From Bacillota bacterium (lineage in GTDB: Bacteria; Bacillota; Clostridia; Christensenellales; CAG-138), in the NCBI GenBank assembly GCA_023459335.1, contig JAEWUO010000003.1:3361-67360 (forward strand): 64,000 bases of DNA. The letters are read 5' to 3'. Below are positions 53,315 to 62,951 of the stretch, piece after piece (within the stretch, counting starts at the first letter, position 1; each line of letters begins with the position of its first letter). The notes beneath the pieces were generated by a model. The model was not told the DNA's origin. It worked only from the letters and a program-made list of their open reading frames with translations, and did not search any database. The translations under genes and the position numbers were made by a program.

Positions 53315-53989
53315 ATGGAACAGCAGGAAAAAAGCAAGGCGATTCTGGACGCCATGACGTTCCGGCATGCCTGCAAGCGATTTGACGCACAGCGCTCGAT
53401 TCCGGAGGAAGACTTCGATACCATACTCGAAGCCGCGAGGCTTTCCCCTTCCTCTTTCGGGTTTGAGCCATGGAAGTTCATCGTCCTGACCGACGCGGAA
53501 ATCAAGCGCAGGCTCTATCCGGTCGCGTGGGGCGCGCGTAACAGCCTCGACGGCGCGAGCCGGTTCGTCATCCTCCTTGCGCGCAGGCGGTCGGATACGC
53601 TGTATTCCGCGGATTTTATCACGCATATGATGCGCGACGTGCACCTTCTGCCGCCGGAGGCGCTTTCGGCCCGTCGCGAGCGGTATCGCACTTTTCAGGC
53701 GGACGACTTCCGGCTGCTCGAAAGCGACCGCGCGCTCTTCGACTGGGCCTGTAAGCAAACGTATATCGCGCTGGCGAACATGATGACAGCTGCCGCTTAC
53801 CTCGGCATCGACTCCTGCCCGATCGAGGGGTTCGACCGCCGCAAGACGGACGAAATCCTTTCCGGCGCCGGAATTTATGATATTGACCGCTTCGGCGTTT
53901 CGGTGATGGCCGGATTCGGCTACCGCGCGGAAAATCCCCGTCACGAGAAAACGCGGCAGTCGATGGATGATCTTGTGATCTGGAAATAA
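53315..53989 (+). CDS. NAD(P)H-dependent nitroreductase-family oxidoreductase
   Basis: RHACKRFDAQRSIPEEDFDTILEAARLSPSSFGFEPWKF is the classic nitroreductase N-terminal signature. Confidence 0.9.
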   Translation: MEQQEKSKAILDAMTFRHACKRFDAQRSIPEEDFDTILEAARLSPSSFGFEPWKFIVLTDAEIKRRLYPVAWGARNSLDGASRFVILLARRRSDTLYSADFITHMMRDVHLLPPEALSARRERYRTFQADDFRLLESDRALFDWACKQTYIALANMMTAAAYLGIDSCPIEGFDRRKTDEILSGAGIYDIDRFGVSVMAGFGYRAENPRHEKTRQSMDDLVIWK

Positions 53990-54065
53990 CGTCATATTTG
54001 GCTTAAACCGGTTTTTATACAAAAAGGAGCCCCGCATGGAGCTCCTTTTGCATCTCAAACAGATT

Positions 54066-54770
54066 TTACCAGGAGGGTTCTCCAAGTTTCGCTTCGTTGC
54101 TGTATCCGCTGCTCTCCCAGTAGCCCTGATAGGACGAATCGGAGGAAAGCTCGATCTCGTTGATCCAGCGCGCCCACTTGTAGCCCCACTTGTCCTCGGC
54201 GACGAAGATGAACGGAAATCCCATCTCCGGTGGCAGCGCGATGCCGTTCGCGTCGTATGCGAGAATCAGGTTATTGTCCAGAATCTCCTGCAGCGGCAGG
54301 GACGTGGTATATCCGTCCACCGCGTGAAAGATCACCGTGTTTACTTCCTCTTTTGGGCTTGCCGCTTCGAGAAGCGTCTGTAACGGCACTCCTTTCCAGA
54401 GAATCGTCGCATTCCAGCCCTCCACGCAGTAGATCGTTACGAGCCGCTGATCGCTCGGCAGCGCTTTCACTTCTTCGTAGGTATAGTTTTGCGGCTTATT
54501 TGCGAGTCCGTCTACCGCTAAATGATAATCCGTGATCTCGACTTGCTGTATGCCCTTGATCGAATTATCGCGCGGGCCGACCGCCGGATCCAGTTTCTTG
54601 CCGTCGTATTCACGCAGCTCCCCTTCGCGGTAACGTTCCATCGTCGCGTCCGAAACGGCGTCCGGCACTTCAGTCACGGCCGCGGGCTCGGCGGTCAACG
54701 CGGGCGCGGCACATCCGGCCAGCAGGGTCAGAACCGCTAAAATCAAAATGAATCGTAATTTCATGATCAT
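54066..54770 (-). CDS. Lipoprotein with molybdopterin-binding oxidoreductase (sulfite-oxidase/YedY-like) domain
   Basis: Signal peptide with lipobox LLAGC. The YCVEGWNATILWKGVPL motif parallels the Moco-domain CVEGWS signature. Confidence 0.75.
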   Translation of the reverse strand: MIMKLRFILILAVLTLLAGCAAPALTAEPAAVTEVPDAVSDATMERYREGELREYDGKKLDPAVGPRDNSIKGIQQVEITDYHLAVDGLANKPQNYTYEEVKALPSDQRLVTIYCVEGWNATILWKGVPLQTLLEAASPKEEVNTVIFHAVDGYTTSLPLQEILDNNLILAYDANGIALPPEMGFPFIFVAEDKWGYKWARWINEIELSSDSSYQGYWESSGYSNEAKLGEPSW

Positions 54771-54946
54771 GCTCCTTGGTATAGCTTGTCTTGATTCCAG
54801 TATACCATCGGGCGAAATCGATACCAGTTATGAATATTGAATTTTCGATGAACAACGGGAAACGTTTTGGGGCCAGCCGGCTCAGCGCTGCGAACAAGCC
54901 CGTTTTTATTTCTTCCGGTTACTGACTGCGCTTTTTCGGATCAGGA

Positions 54947-55333
54947 TCAGCAGCGCGAGTATGCTCGCCCCAGAACCGCATGGCCGATGCCCGCAATGCC
55001 GGAGATGGACGCGTCTATCGCGCGGGAGAGCGGAAACGCACCAACGTCCGCAAGTCCGCGCGCAAGCAGGCATGCCGCCGTGATGTTGAGTCCGGCATGA
55101 TACGCGATTCCCCATTCTTTGATCCCGCGATCGCCGGAAAACGAGAACGACTTTTCCAAAAGGGCGAGCAGCAGAAAGAAGAACATACCCAGCACGAAGT
55201 AATGCGTGTGCACAAACGACAGCGCCGTTACGCCGTCAAATCCCGCATACTTCGTGTATTCTCGGAAAAACACACCGCCCGCCATGGCGAGCGCAGCGTA
55301 GACGATCGCCGCATTCCAATAACGTTTCAACAA
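54947..55333 (-). CDS. DUF2871-family membrane protein (possibly frameshifted at its 3' end)
   Basis: AAIVYAALAMAGGVFFREYTKYAGFDGVTALSFVHTHYFVLGMFFF matches my memory of DUF2871. The last TM helix appears in the -1 frame (see findings). Confidence 0.7.
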   Translation of the reverse strand: MLKRYWNAAIVYAALAMAGGVFFREYTKYAGFDGVTALSFVHTHYFVLGMFFFLLLALLEKSFSFSGDRGIKEWGIAYHAGLNITAACLLARGLADVGAFPLSRAIDASISGIAGIGHAVLGRAYSRC

Positions 55334-55622
55334 ATTACCTTACCTCCTTGTTGATTTGACGCGTTCCAATACCCTCGGCTCAGATTGAATCTTCATCACG
55401 CGTATCCATATCATGATGGAATGTTCGCGATGTATTTGTCAATAGAACCCTTCGGAATGATCTCGGTTCGTGTGAAAAAATATCATAAATTGTTCACGAT
55501 TTTCGGGCAGCCGTTTGTCCCGGCCGCGCTCGATGGCGGTTGCGGGAAGCAGATTTAGCGTGTATAATGTAATGAATGCGCGATATACTGCGCAGAAAAC
55601 GAACCGTTAAATAAGGATTGTC

Positions 55623-57284
55623 ATGTACGAAAAATACTCGGGATTGCCCGACACAAGCAAGCCGGCCTCCCCGGATCAAGGGCGAAACACCGTGCGTCCG
55701 GCAAATCGAAACGTTCATTCCACAGAGGAACCCGACTATATGGAATATTATCGCGCGCCAAGCCGCAGCGGCGCATCTTCGTCAAAACGCGCCAGCGCAC
55801 GCAGAGCCAAAGCGCGCAAACGCAAGTTCATCGTCGGGCTGATGAGTCTGGCTTTTCTCGCGCTGCTCATCGCTGCAATCGTCCTGCTCGCAAGAAGCTG
55901 CTCTTCTTCACCGGATGTCGAGCTGGAAACCGGCAAGTTCCGAAACGGCGTATACATCAACAGCATGAACCTCTCCGGCAAAACCGTCGACGAAGTGCAG
56001 GAGCAGCTCGAATACAACGAAACATATTTGCTGAACAATATCGCGATAACGCTCTCAAGCTCGGAAATCAACGCGGTCGTCACCGGCGCGGATATGAACG
56101 CGACCTCCAACCTGAACGAAGTGATCCAGCAGGCGCTAGCGGGCGGAGCAAATCAAACGTATAACACGAAAATCTCGATCGACGAAGCCGCGCTGACCGC
56201 GCGTATCCAGCAGATCAATCAGACCTCCAGCGCACCGCCGGCAGACGCGACGGTTACGTTTGTCACATCCAGCAGCGGAAAGACCACGCCGCAGTATGCG
56301 GACGGCACGCCGGGATACGGCCTTGACGTCGAGTCAACGGTAGCGCTCATCAAGCAGGTGATCGATTCCGGCGATACCACGCAGCTGCAGACGACACTTT
56401 CGCCGCAGATCACGACCGTACCGCCTGCCGTTACGGTCGACGATCTGAAAGCGCATACCGCGCTGATCGGAAAATTCACGACTACATACGATTTTAAAGG
56501 CACGGCGGAGGACACGGAGGAACAGCGTACCGTATATATTCCAAACCGCGCGTTTAACGTTGAAAAAGCCGCGGATAAAATCAGCGGCCAGGTTATTCAA
56601 CCGCAAAAAAAGTGGAGTTTTAACGATGTCGTCGGCGACCGCACGGAAGCAAACGGCTGGAAACTTGCGCAGGGTATCTTCGGCGGCGACCGCAAAACTC
56701 CGCAGTTCGGCGGCGGCGTCTGCCAGGTGAGCACGACGCTTTACAACGCGCTGCTGCAGGCGTACCCGTATTTCGACGGAACGTTCGTCCGCTCGAGGCA
56801 CTCGATCCCGTCCACTTATGTGGATATGGGTTTGGACGCGACGGTCGATACCAACCATATCGATTTCGGGTTTACGAATAATTCGGAATACCCGATCTAT
56901 ATCTATACCTACATCTCCGAAAACAAGATGTCGAAGAGCCGCAAGAGAGATTTAACCGTCCTGATCTACGGCCAGGCGCTGCCGGACGGAGCCGAATATA
57001 AAACGCGCACCGTCATCGTTTCCCAGGAAGAGCCGGGCGAGCCAGACATCACTTACTCCAGCAAGATGTTCGAGGGCGAAGAAAACGTACTTGCGGACGC
57101 GCACACCAAATATGTAGTCGATGTTTTTATCGATAAATACGTCAACGGGGAAAAGGTGGACGAACGGTTTGTCGTCGAGGATACCTATCCGGGCAACCCG
57201 CTTCGCAAGATTGTCGGCACCAAGCCCACGCCGACGCCAGTTCTGGAAGAAACGCCAACGCCGGTACCAACGGAAGGGCCGTGA
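55623..57284 (+). CDS. VanW-family protein (membrane-anchored)
   Basis: N-terminal cytoplasmic tail plus one TM. VanW core FGGGVCQVSTTLYNALLQA...RHSIPSTYV. C-terminal Pro/Thr-rich tail. Confidence 0.85.
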   Translation: MYEKYSGLPDTSKPASPDQGRNTVRPANRNVHSTEEPDYMEYYRAPSRSGASSSKRASARRAKARKRKFIVGLMSLAFLALLIAAIVLLARSCSSSPDVELETGKFRNGVYINSMNLSGKTVDEVQEQLEYNETYLLNNIAITLSSSEINAVVTGADMNATSNLNEVIQQALAGGANQTYNTKISIDEAALTARIQQINQTSSAPPADATVTFVTSSSGKTTPQYADGTPGYGLDVESTVALIKQVIDSGDTTQLQTTLSPQITTVPPAVTVDDLKAHTALIGKFTTTYDFKGTAEDTEEQRTVYIPNRAFNVEKAADKISGQVIQPQKKWSFNDVVGDRTEANGWKLAQGIFGGDRKTPQFGGGVCQVSTTLYNALLQAYPYFDGTFVRSRHSIPSTYVDMGLDATVDTNHIDFGFTNNSEYPIYIYTYISENKMSKSRKRDLTVLIYGQALPDGAEYKTRTVIVSQEEPGEPDITYSSKMFEGEENVLADAHTKYVVDVFIDKYVNGEKVDERFVVEDTYPGNPLRKIVGTKPTPTPVLEETPTPVPTEGP

Positions 57285-57295
57285 CAAACTTCGAA

Positions 57296-57317
57296 GGCGG
57301 AAGCTCGTGCTTCCGCC
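57296..57317. terminator. Hairpin terminator between convergent genes
   Basis: GGCGGAAGC-tcgt-GCTTCCGCC followed by TTTTTCTCTTTT. Confidence 0.8.
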
Positions 57318-57330
57318 TTTTTCTCTTTTG

Positions 57331-57786
57331 TCAGCGTTCCGCTCTTCCCTCTCTTTCGTCCTTTCCGGCAGCGCGGTAGAGCAGCATCCGCCGCGAGAAA
57401 AAGTTGAACAGATACGTCAGCACGCCGGAGAGCACGCGTGAAATCCGGTAATCCACGCGAATCACGCCGGTAAAGAGATACATGCTCCCTTCCGTTACGG
57501 CCAGCGCAAGCAGTGAAATGACGAGGAACAGCGCCAGCTCTTTTTTCAGCGGCAGAGCGCCGCGCCGGAATACGAACCAGACGCCGATGAAATAGTTCAC
57601 CGCGATGCCGACAAGAAACGCCAGCGGCACCGCGACGAGATAGTGCAGGCCCGCGATCTCCTTGAGCAGCAGCAGCGTCCCGTAATCCGCCGCAAAACCG
57701 CCGAACGCCGCAGCCCCGTACCGAATCGCCTGAACCGGCAGCCGCGCATCGTCGCGCAGGCGCGGCAGTTTCGTTTGTTTTCGCAT
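57331..57786 (-). CDS. GtrA-family membrane protein
   Basis: 151 aa, four TMs. FGGFAADYGTLLLLKEI...FNFFSRRMLLY pattern of GtrA-like proteins. Confidence 0.8.
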   Translation of the reverse strand: MRKQTKLPRLRDDARLPVQAIRYGAAAFGGFAADYGTLLLLKEIAGLHYLVAVPLAFLVGIAVNYFIGVWFVFRRGALPLKKELALFLVISLLALAVTEGSMYLFTGVIRVDYRISRVLSGVLTYLFNFFSRRMLLYRAAGKDEREGRAER

Positions 57787-57896
57787 GTGCTCAGTATATC
57801 AAGCAAACGCCGCGCTGACAATTGCAATCGTCCGTCAAACACGGTAAAATAATCTGGTTATGCAATACATGAATACAATCTGTCTTCGGGGGATTT

Positions 57897-59774
57897 ATGT
57901 GCGGAATCTGCGGTATCGTTTCCTTTGACTCCGATGCGAAAGAAGCGGATATCCGCCGCATGATGGACGCCGTGTCGCATCGCGGGCCGGACGGCGGAGG
58001 CTGCGCGCTCTTCGGCAGCCTCGCGCTGGGACATCGCCGTCTTTCGATTCTCGACTTAAGCGAGAACGCGTTTCAGCCCATGCGGTATCTGGACCGGTAT
58101 GTCGTCACCTATAACGGCGAAATCTATAACTATATCGAACTGCGCGAAGAGCTCAAAGAGCAGGGCTATACGTTTTCCACCGACTGCGACACCGAGGTGC
58201 TGCTCGCAGCCTATGCGCGCTGGGGAGAAGACTGCCTGAGCCGCTTCAACGGCATGTGGGGCTTCTGCATCTACGACGAGCAGGAACAGACGCTGTTCTG
58301 CGCGCGGGACCGTTTCGGGATCAAGCCGTTTTACTACATGCGGCAAAGCGGCTATTTCGCGTTCGCTTCCGAAATCAAGCAATTGTTATTATTAGAGAAA
58401 ACACCGCCGAAAGCGAACCGCGATATGCTGCTCGCATTTTTGATCACGGCGCAGCTGGATCATTCCTCCAGTACGCTCTTTGACGGAATCTCTCAGCTCG
58501 AACCCGGCACCTGCCTGACTTTCGACCTGAACACACGGTGTATGCAGGTGAGGCGCTGGTACGATCTGACGCGCGTTAAGCCGTCCCGCGCATCGTTTAA
58601 CGAGAATGTCCGTATCTACCGCGATAAGTTCACCGACGCGGTCCGCCTGCGCCTTAGATCGGACGTTCCGGTCGGCTCGTGCCTCTCCGGCGGGCTCGAC
58701 AGCTCGTCGATCGTCTGTACGATCAACCGCCTTCTTCGCGAAAGCGGACATCCATACGAGCAGCATGTGGTTTCCGTCTGCTTTGACGAGCCGCAGTACG
58801 ATGAGCGGCCGTATATGGACGCCGTGCTGGAGCAGACCGGCGCGATATCGCACCGAACGTTTCCAAATATCGACAACGTGCTCGACGAGTTGGATCATTT
58901 TACCCGGCAGATGGATGAACCGATCACCTCTACCTCCCATTACGCGCAGTGGTGCGTTTACCGCGAGGCAAAGAAGAGCGGGCTGACCGTCATGCTCGAC
59001 GGTCAGGGCGCGGACGAACAGCTCGCTGGCTATACGGAGTTCTTCGATCTGATGTTCATCGAATTGATCCGTTCGCTCCGTTTCTTCCGCCTCGAGCGGG
59101 AGATCCGGCTCTTCAACGAGCGGCGCAAAACCGCGTTTTACCAGTCCGGCTGGAGGTATCGGCTCGAACTGCTCCTGCGCGCGTTTACGCCGGATTTCAT
59201 CAAGCGTTACCGCCGCAGAAAACAGATAGCCGCGCTCGGCCCTTACACTGCGGAGCAGATGCGCAGCCCGGAAGTCCAGCGCCTGAGCGAGAGTTTTGAT
59301 ATCAAACGTCCCCGCTCGTTCATTCACGCGCAGATCTTCCGTACGCTCGCGGTACTGCTGCACTACGGCGACCGCAATTCCATGGCGTTTTCGGTCGAAA
59401 GCCGGCTCCCGTTCCTCGATTACCGGCTTGTCGAAGCGGTGTACGCCATGCCGCTCTCCCATAAAATACGAAACGGTTTAACCAAACGCGTGATGCGCGC
59501 GGCGATGCGCGGCGTCATGCCGGACGTCATCACCGACCGGATCAGCAAACTCGGCTTCACTACGCCTGAGGAAGAATGGATGCGCGAGCATCCGGAACAA
59601 TTTCGCTCCCTTCTCGCTTCCTCCGCGGACAGGCTCGCCCCGATGCTGGATCGGCAGCGTACGCTCGATTGGTACGATGAAATCTGGCGGACGGACCGTT
59701 TTCGCGAATGTCACGTGATCTGGCGGATCATCAGCGCCGCAAGGTGGGCGGATCTGTTTCAGGTCGAGATCTAG
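57897..59774 (+). CDS. asnB: Asparagine synthase (glutamine-hydrolysing)
   Basis: N-terminal nucleophile MCGICGIV, PP-loop SGGLDSS, 625 aa. Confidence 0.92.
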   Translation: MCGICGIVSFDSDAKEADIRRMMDAVSHRGPDGGGCALFGSLALGHRRLSILDLSENAFQPMRYLDRYVVTYNGEIYNYIELREELKEQGYTFSTDCDTEVLLAAYARWGEDCLSRFNGMWGFCIYDEQEQTLFCARDRFGIKPFYYMRQSGYFAFASEIKQLLLLEKTPPKANRDMLLAFLITAQLDHSSSTLFDGISQLEPGTCLTFDLNTRCMQVRRWYDLTRVKPSRASFNENVRIYRDKFTDAVRLRLRSDVPVGSCLSGGLDSSSIVCTINRLLRESGHPYEQHVVSVCFDEPQYDERPYMDAVLEQTGAISHRTFPNIDNVLDELDHFTRQMDEPITSTSHYAQWCVYREAKKSGLTVMLDGQGADEQLAGYTEFFDLMFIELIRSLRFFRLEREIRLFNERRKTAFYQSGWRYRLELLLRAFTPDFIKRYRRRKQIAALGPYTAEQMRSPEVQRLSESFDIKRPRSFIHAQIFRTLAVLLHYGDRNSMAFSVESRLPFLDYRLVEAVYAMPLSHKIRNGLTKRVMRAAMRGVMPDVITDRISKLGFTTPEEEWMREHPEQFRSLLASSADRLAPMLDRQRTLDWYDEIWRTDRFRECHVIWRIISAARWADLFQVEI

Positions 59775-59785
59775 CGCATCAAAAA

Positions 59786-59809
59786 ACCGCCCGATTTTAT
59801 CGGGCGGTT
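59786..59809. terminator. Bidirectional rho-independent terminator
   Basis: AAAAAACCGCCCGAT-ttt-ATCGGGCGGTTTT between convergent asnB and ispH-rpsA. Confidence 0.85.
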
Positions 59810-59821
59810 TTCGTATACTGT

Positions 59822-62332
59822 TTATTTTTCGTCGTCCATCTTGATGCTGCCAAAGAGAGACGCAAGGGATGTTGTCGCTTCCTGCACCGGCGGGAGTTCG
59901 TAATCGCCGTCCTCGTTGGTGCGGCGGCGGCGATCCATACGATCGCTCTTATCAGATGCCGGCCGTTCGCTGCCGGACGCACGCGGTGTGCTATCGCGTT
60001 TTTCACGCTGCTGCGCCTGCTGCGAGTCGCGCTGCTGCTGGCGTTGTTCCTGCCGCTCGGCGTACTGGCGGTCGCGTTCGGCTTTCTCTGCCTTGAGCTG
60101 TTCCGCAAGTTCGGGATCTTCCTCCAGAAGCGCTTCCTTGCGGCTCAGGCTGATCCGCTTTGCTTCGGGACTGACTTCCAGCACCTTGCAGCGCACGATG
60201 TCGCCGACCTTAAGTTCGTCTTCGACCTTCGCGATGCGGTGCACGGAAACCTGCGAAATATGGATCAGTCCGTCGATTGTGCTCTCCAGCGCGACGAACG
60301 CGCCGAAGGGTACGATGCGAACCACTTTCCCTTCCACGATGGAACCGACGGGGTACTTTTCGCCCGCGAGCATCCAGGGCTTTGGTTGAAGCTGTTTATA
60401 GCCGAGGGATACGCGCTCTTTCTCCACGTCCACGTTGAGGATGAGCACTTCGATTTCCTGACCGATGGAGAACACGTCGGATGGATGCTTGACGCGGCCC
60501 CAGGCTGCGTCCGTCACATGGACGAGTCCGTCGATGCCGCCAATATCCACGAACGCGCCGAAATCCGCGATCCTGCGGACGATGCCGTTCACCTTGCTGC
60601 CGACGACCAGCGCTTCCCACTTGCCGCGTTTTTCCGCGGCGGCTTCCGCGAGGAGAACCTGCTTCTGAGAGGCGACGATGCGCTTCCTCTGGCGGTCGAC
60701 TTCCAGAACCTTGAGCCGCATCGGTTTCCCGACAAACTCATTGAGGTTTTCGATATATTTTACGGATACCTGGGACGCGGGAACAAACGCGCGGATACCG
60801 CTGATGTCCGCGATGATGCCGCCTTTGACGACTTCCTTGCCGACCGCGTCAAAGATCTTCTCCTCGATATCTTCCTGATTGAGCAGTTCGTCCCAGAGTT
60901 TCTTGCTCTCGACGTTCTTGCGGGAGAGGAGGACGTTACCGTCTCCGTCGTTTACCTTGGTGACTTCGACTTCGATCGTGTCGCCTTCTTTGAAGAGGTC
61001 TTCCGCCTTGACATCCGAATCGCTGGAAAACTCGCCGACGGGGATCACGCCATCCGATTTATAACCGATGTTGACGAATACTTCTCCGTCCACAATCGAG
61101 ATAACCGTTCCTTCAAGCACCTGTCCGTTATGGATACGCGTCATGGTCTTCTCAAACGCCGCGGCGAAATCGGAGCTGTCTTCGTGTTCCGGCTTCGGCT
61201 CGGCTTTCGCCGTCTTTGTCTTAGACGCTTTCGCGGGTACGGCGGGAGCTTCCGCGGCAACGGAAACTTCAGGCGTTTCCGTTTGGGGTTCCGCCTGTTC
61301 GGAAGATTTGACTTCTTCGCTGGTTTGGACAGTCTGGGTCTCTTCGGTTTCCTGAGATGTGGTTTCCGCTTCTGCCGTGGCTTTGGGCGCTTCCACAGCG
61401 GTCACAGATTCTTCGATCGCCTGCGTGTCCTGGGGTTCGACGACTGCCTCAGCGGGAGCTTCCGCCTCAACGGTTTCGATCGTCGTTTTTTCCTGTTCGC
61501 TCATTACTTGCAGTACCTCCCTAATCATCCGGTCCGGCGTCGATGCGCCCGCAACAATACCTATTATATCATCGGATGGCAATATATCAAGCAAAAGTTT
61601 GTCTTGCGATTCCACGTTTATCGTGTTTTTACAGTGTTTTTGGCAGATTTGAACGAGCTTTTGCGTGTTGGCGCTGGATTTGGAGCCAAGCACGAGCATA
61701 CGCGCGCTGCGGCGCGAAATCTCCTCCGCCTCGCTCTGCCGCGCACGCGTCGTATCGCAGATCGTGTTGCGGATTTCCAGATCGTCCGGACCGTTTTTTC
61801 CGGTTTTCAGCGCGGCTACGATCGACGCGAACGCCTCTTCCGGCAACGTTGTCTGCGCGACGAGCGTAGCTTTCTCAAGCTTTGGAAGGCGCGCGACGTC
61901 TTCGGCGGATTCGAGCACAAACGCTTTCTCTCCCGCCCACCCGCAGATGCCGACCACCTCGGGATGGTTCGCCATGCCGGCGATGAGCACGCTTCGCCCG
62001 TCCTGTGCCGCTTTTTGCGCTATTTGATGGATTCGTTTCACATAAGGGCAGGTCGCGTCCACCAAACGGATATTCCGCGTTTCGCAGTCTTTATAAACGC
62101 GCGGCGGCGCGCCGTGCGCGCGGATGATCAGCGTATCCCCCGGCTTCAAGCCGTCAAGGCTCTCGACGGAATGTACGCCGCGCTCGCTCAGCTCGGAAAC
62201 GACGCTCTCATTATGAATGATGTTGCCGTAAGTATAGACGGGTTTCCGTTCCTCCGCGCAGCGCTCGGCCATCTCGACCGCGCGGCGTACGCCAAAGCAG
62301 AATCCGCTGTTTTTAGCTAATAGAATCTTCAT
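59822..62332 (-). CDS. ispH: Bifunctional IspH (4-hydroxy-3-methylbut-2-enyl diphosphate reductase) / ribosomal protein S1 fusion
   Basis: N-terminal LytB/IspH (GFCFGVRRAV, DATCPYV). Then an acidic low-complexity linker of about 110 aa, four S1 (OB) repeats (GxVxxxxxFGAFVxL-type), and a charged C-terminal tail. Confidence 0.9.
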   Translation of the reverse strand: MKILLAKNSGFCFGVRRAVEMAERCAEERKPVYTYGNIIHNESVVSELSERGVHSVESLDGLKPGDTLIIRAHGAPPRVYKDCETRNIRLVDATCPYVKRIHQIAQKAAQDGRSVLIAGMANHPEVVGICGWAGEKAFVLESAEDVARLPKLEKATLVAQTTLPEEAFASIVAALKTGKNGPDDLEIRNTICDTTRARQSEAEEISRRSARMLVLGSKSSANTQKLVQICQKHCKNTINVESQDKLLLDILPSDDIIGIVAGASTPDRMIREVLQVMSEQEKTTIETVEAEAPAEAVVEPQDTQAIEESVTAVEAPKATAEAETTSQETEETQTVQTSEEVKSSEQAEPQTETPEVSVAAEAPAVPAKASKTKTAKAEPKPEHEDSSDFAAAFEKTMTRIHNGQVLEGTVISIVDGEVFVNIGYKSDGVIPVGEFSSDSDVKAEDLFKEGDTIEVEVTKVNDGDGNVLLSRKNVESKKLWDELLNQEDIEEKIFDAVGKEVVKGGIIADISGIRAFVPASQVSVKYIENLNEFVGKPMRLKVLEVDRQRKRIVASQKQVLLAEAAAEKRGKWEALVVGSKVNGIVRRIADFGAFVDIGGIDGLVHVTDAAWGRVKHPSDVFSIGQEIEVLILNVDVEKERVSLGYKQLQPKPWMLAGEKYPVGSIVEGKVVRIVPFGAFVALESTIDGLIHISQVSVHRIAKVEDELKVGDIVRCKVLEVSPEAKRISLSRKEALLEEDPELAEQLKAEKAERDRQYAERQEQRQQQRDSQQAQQREKRDSTPRASGSERPASDKSDRMDRRRRTNEDGDYELPPVQEATTSLASLFGSIKMDDEK

Positions 62333-62354
62333 ACTGTCCGGTACGCTCTGCCCG

Positions 62355-62948
62355 TCAGGGCATGAGTTCCATTTCGTTTTTCAATCGCTGCATGCCGTCG
62401 CGTATCGCGTCCGTCACCGCGTCTACCGCTCGCCCGCCGAAACGCTTTGCGACTTCGTTCGGATCGATCGGCTCGCCGACGATCATGCGTACGCGCCCGC
62501 GCTTCCTCCAGCCCGGATCGGCGAAGATCGGAATAATCGGCGCGCTGCAGCGCAATGCCAGAAACGCCGCGCCCTTTTCAAACGAATCCAGTTCGCCGGT
62601 CAGCGAGCGCCGTCCTTCTGGGAAGATCCCGAAGATATGGTTCTTTTCCAGCACGGCCATCGCCTGTTTGAGAGACTGCATATCAGCCTGTTTGCGATAA
62701 ACGGGAAATGCGAGCAGGCCCGTCAGGAAGAAGCGTTTCAGCGGCGAATCGAAGAGTTCCTGTTTCGCCATAAAATGCACCGGGCGCGGCGCGACAAACG
62801 CAAGCCGAATCGGATCGCCCAACGTAAAGTGGTTCGAGATCAGAATCCCGCGGCCGCGAAAAAAGAGCCTGCCCAGGTTTTTCACCTTCGGGCGGTACAA
62901 CAGCCAGAAAAACGGCGTGAGCAGGTATTTCACGAGGATGTACAGCAT
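62355..62948 (-). CDS. plsC: 1-acyl-sn-glycerol-3-phosphate acyltransferase (lysophospholipid acyltransferase family)
   Basis: HX4D motif NHFTLGD and the FPEGRRS motif. Confidence 0.85.
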   Translation of the reverse strand: MLYILVKYLLTPFFWLLYRPKVKNLGRLFFRGRGILISNHFTLGDPIRLAFVAPRPVHFMAKQELFDSPLKRFFLTGLLAFPVYRKQADMQSLKQAMAVLEKNHIFGIFPEGRRSLTGELDSFEKGAAFLALRCSAPIIPIFADPGWRKRGRVRMIVGEPIDPNEVAKRFGGRAVDAVTDAIRDGMQRLKNEMELMP

Positions 62949-62951
62949 GGT

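Noticed and set aside
53168-54085. 305-aa minus-strand ORF
   Set aside because: It is antisense to the nitroreductase gene and has a shadow-frame composition.
59708-62320. 870-aa ORF on the plus strand, the longest ORF in the track
   Set aside because: It lies entirely antisense to the well-supported ispH-rpsA fusion. The translation is Arg/Leu/Phe/Gly-rich low-complexity sequence with no recognisable domain. This is a typical shadow ORF of high-GC coding DNA.
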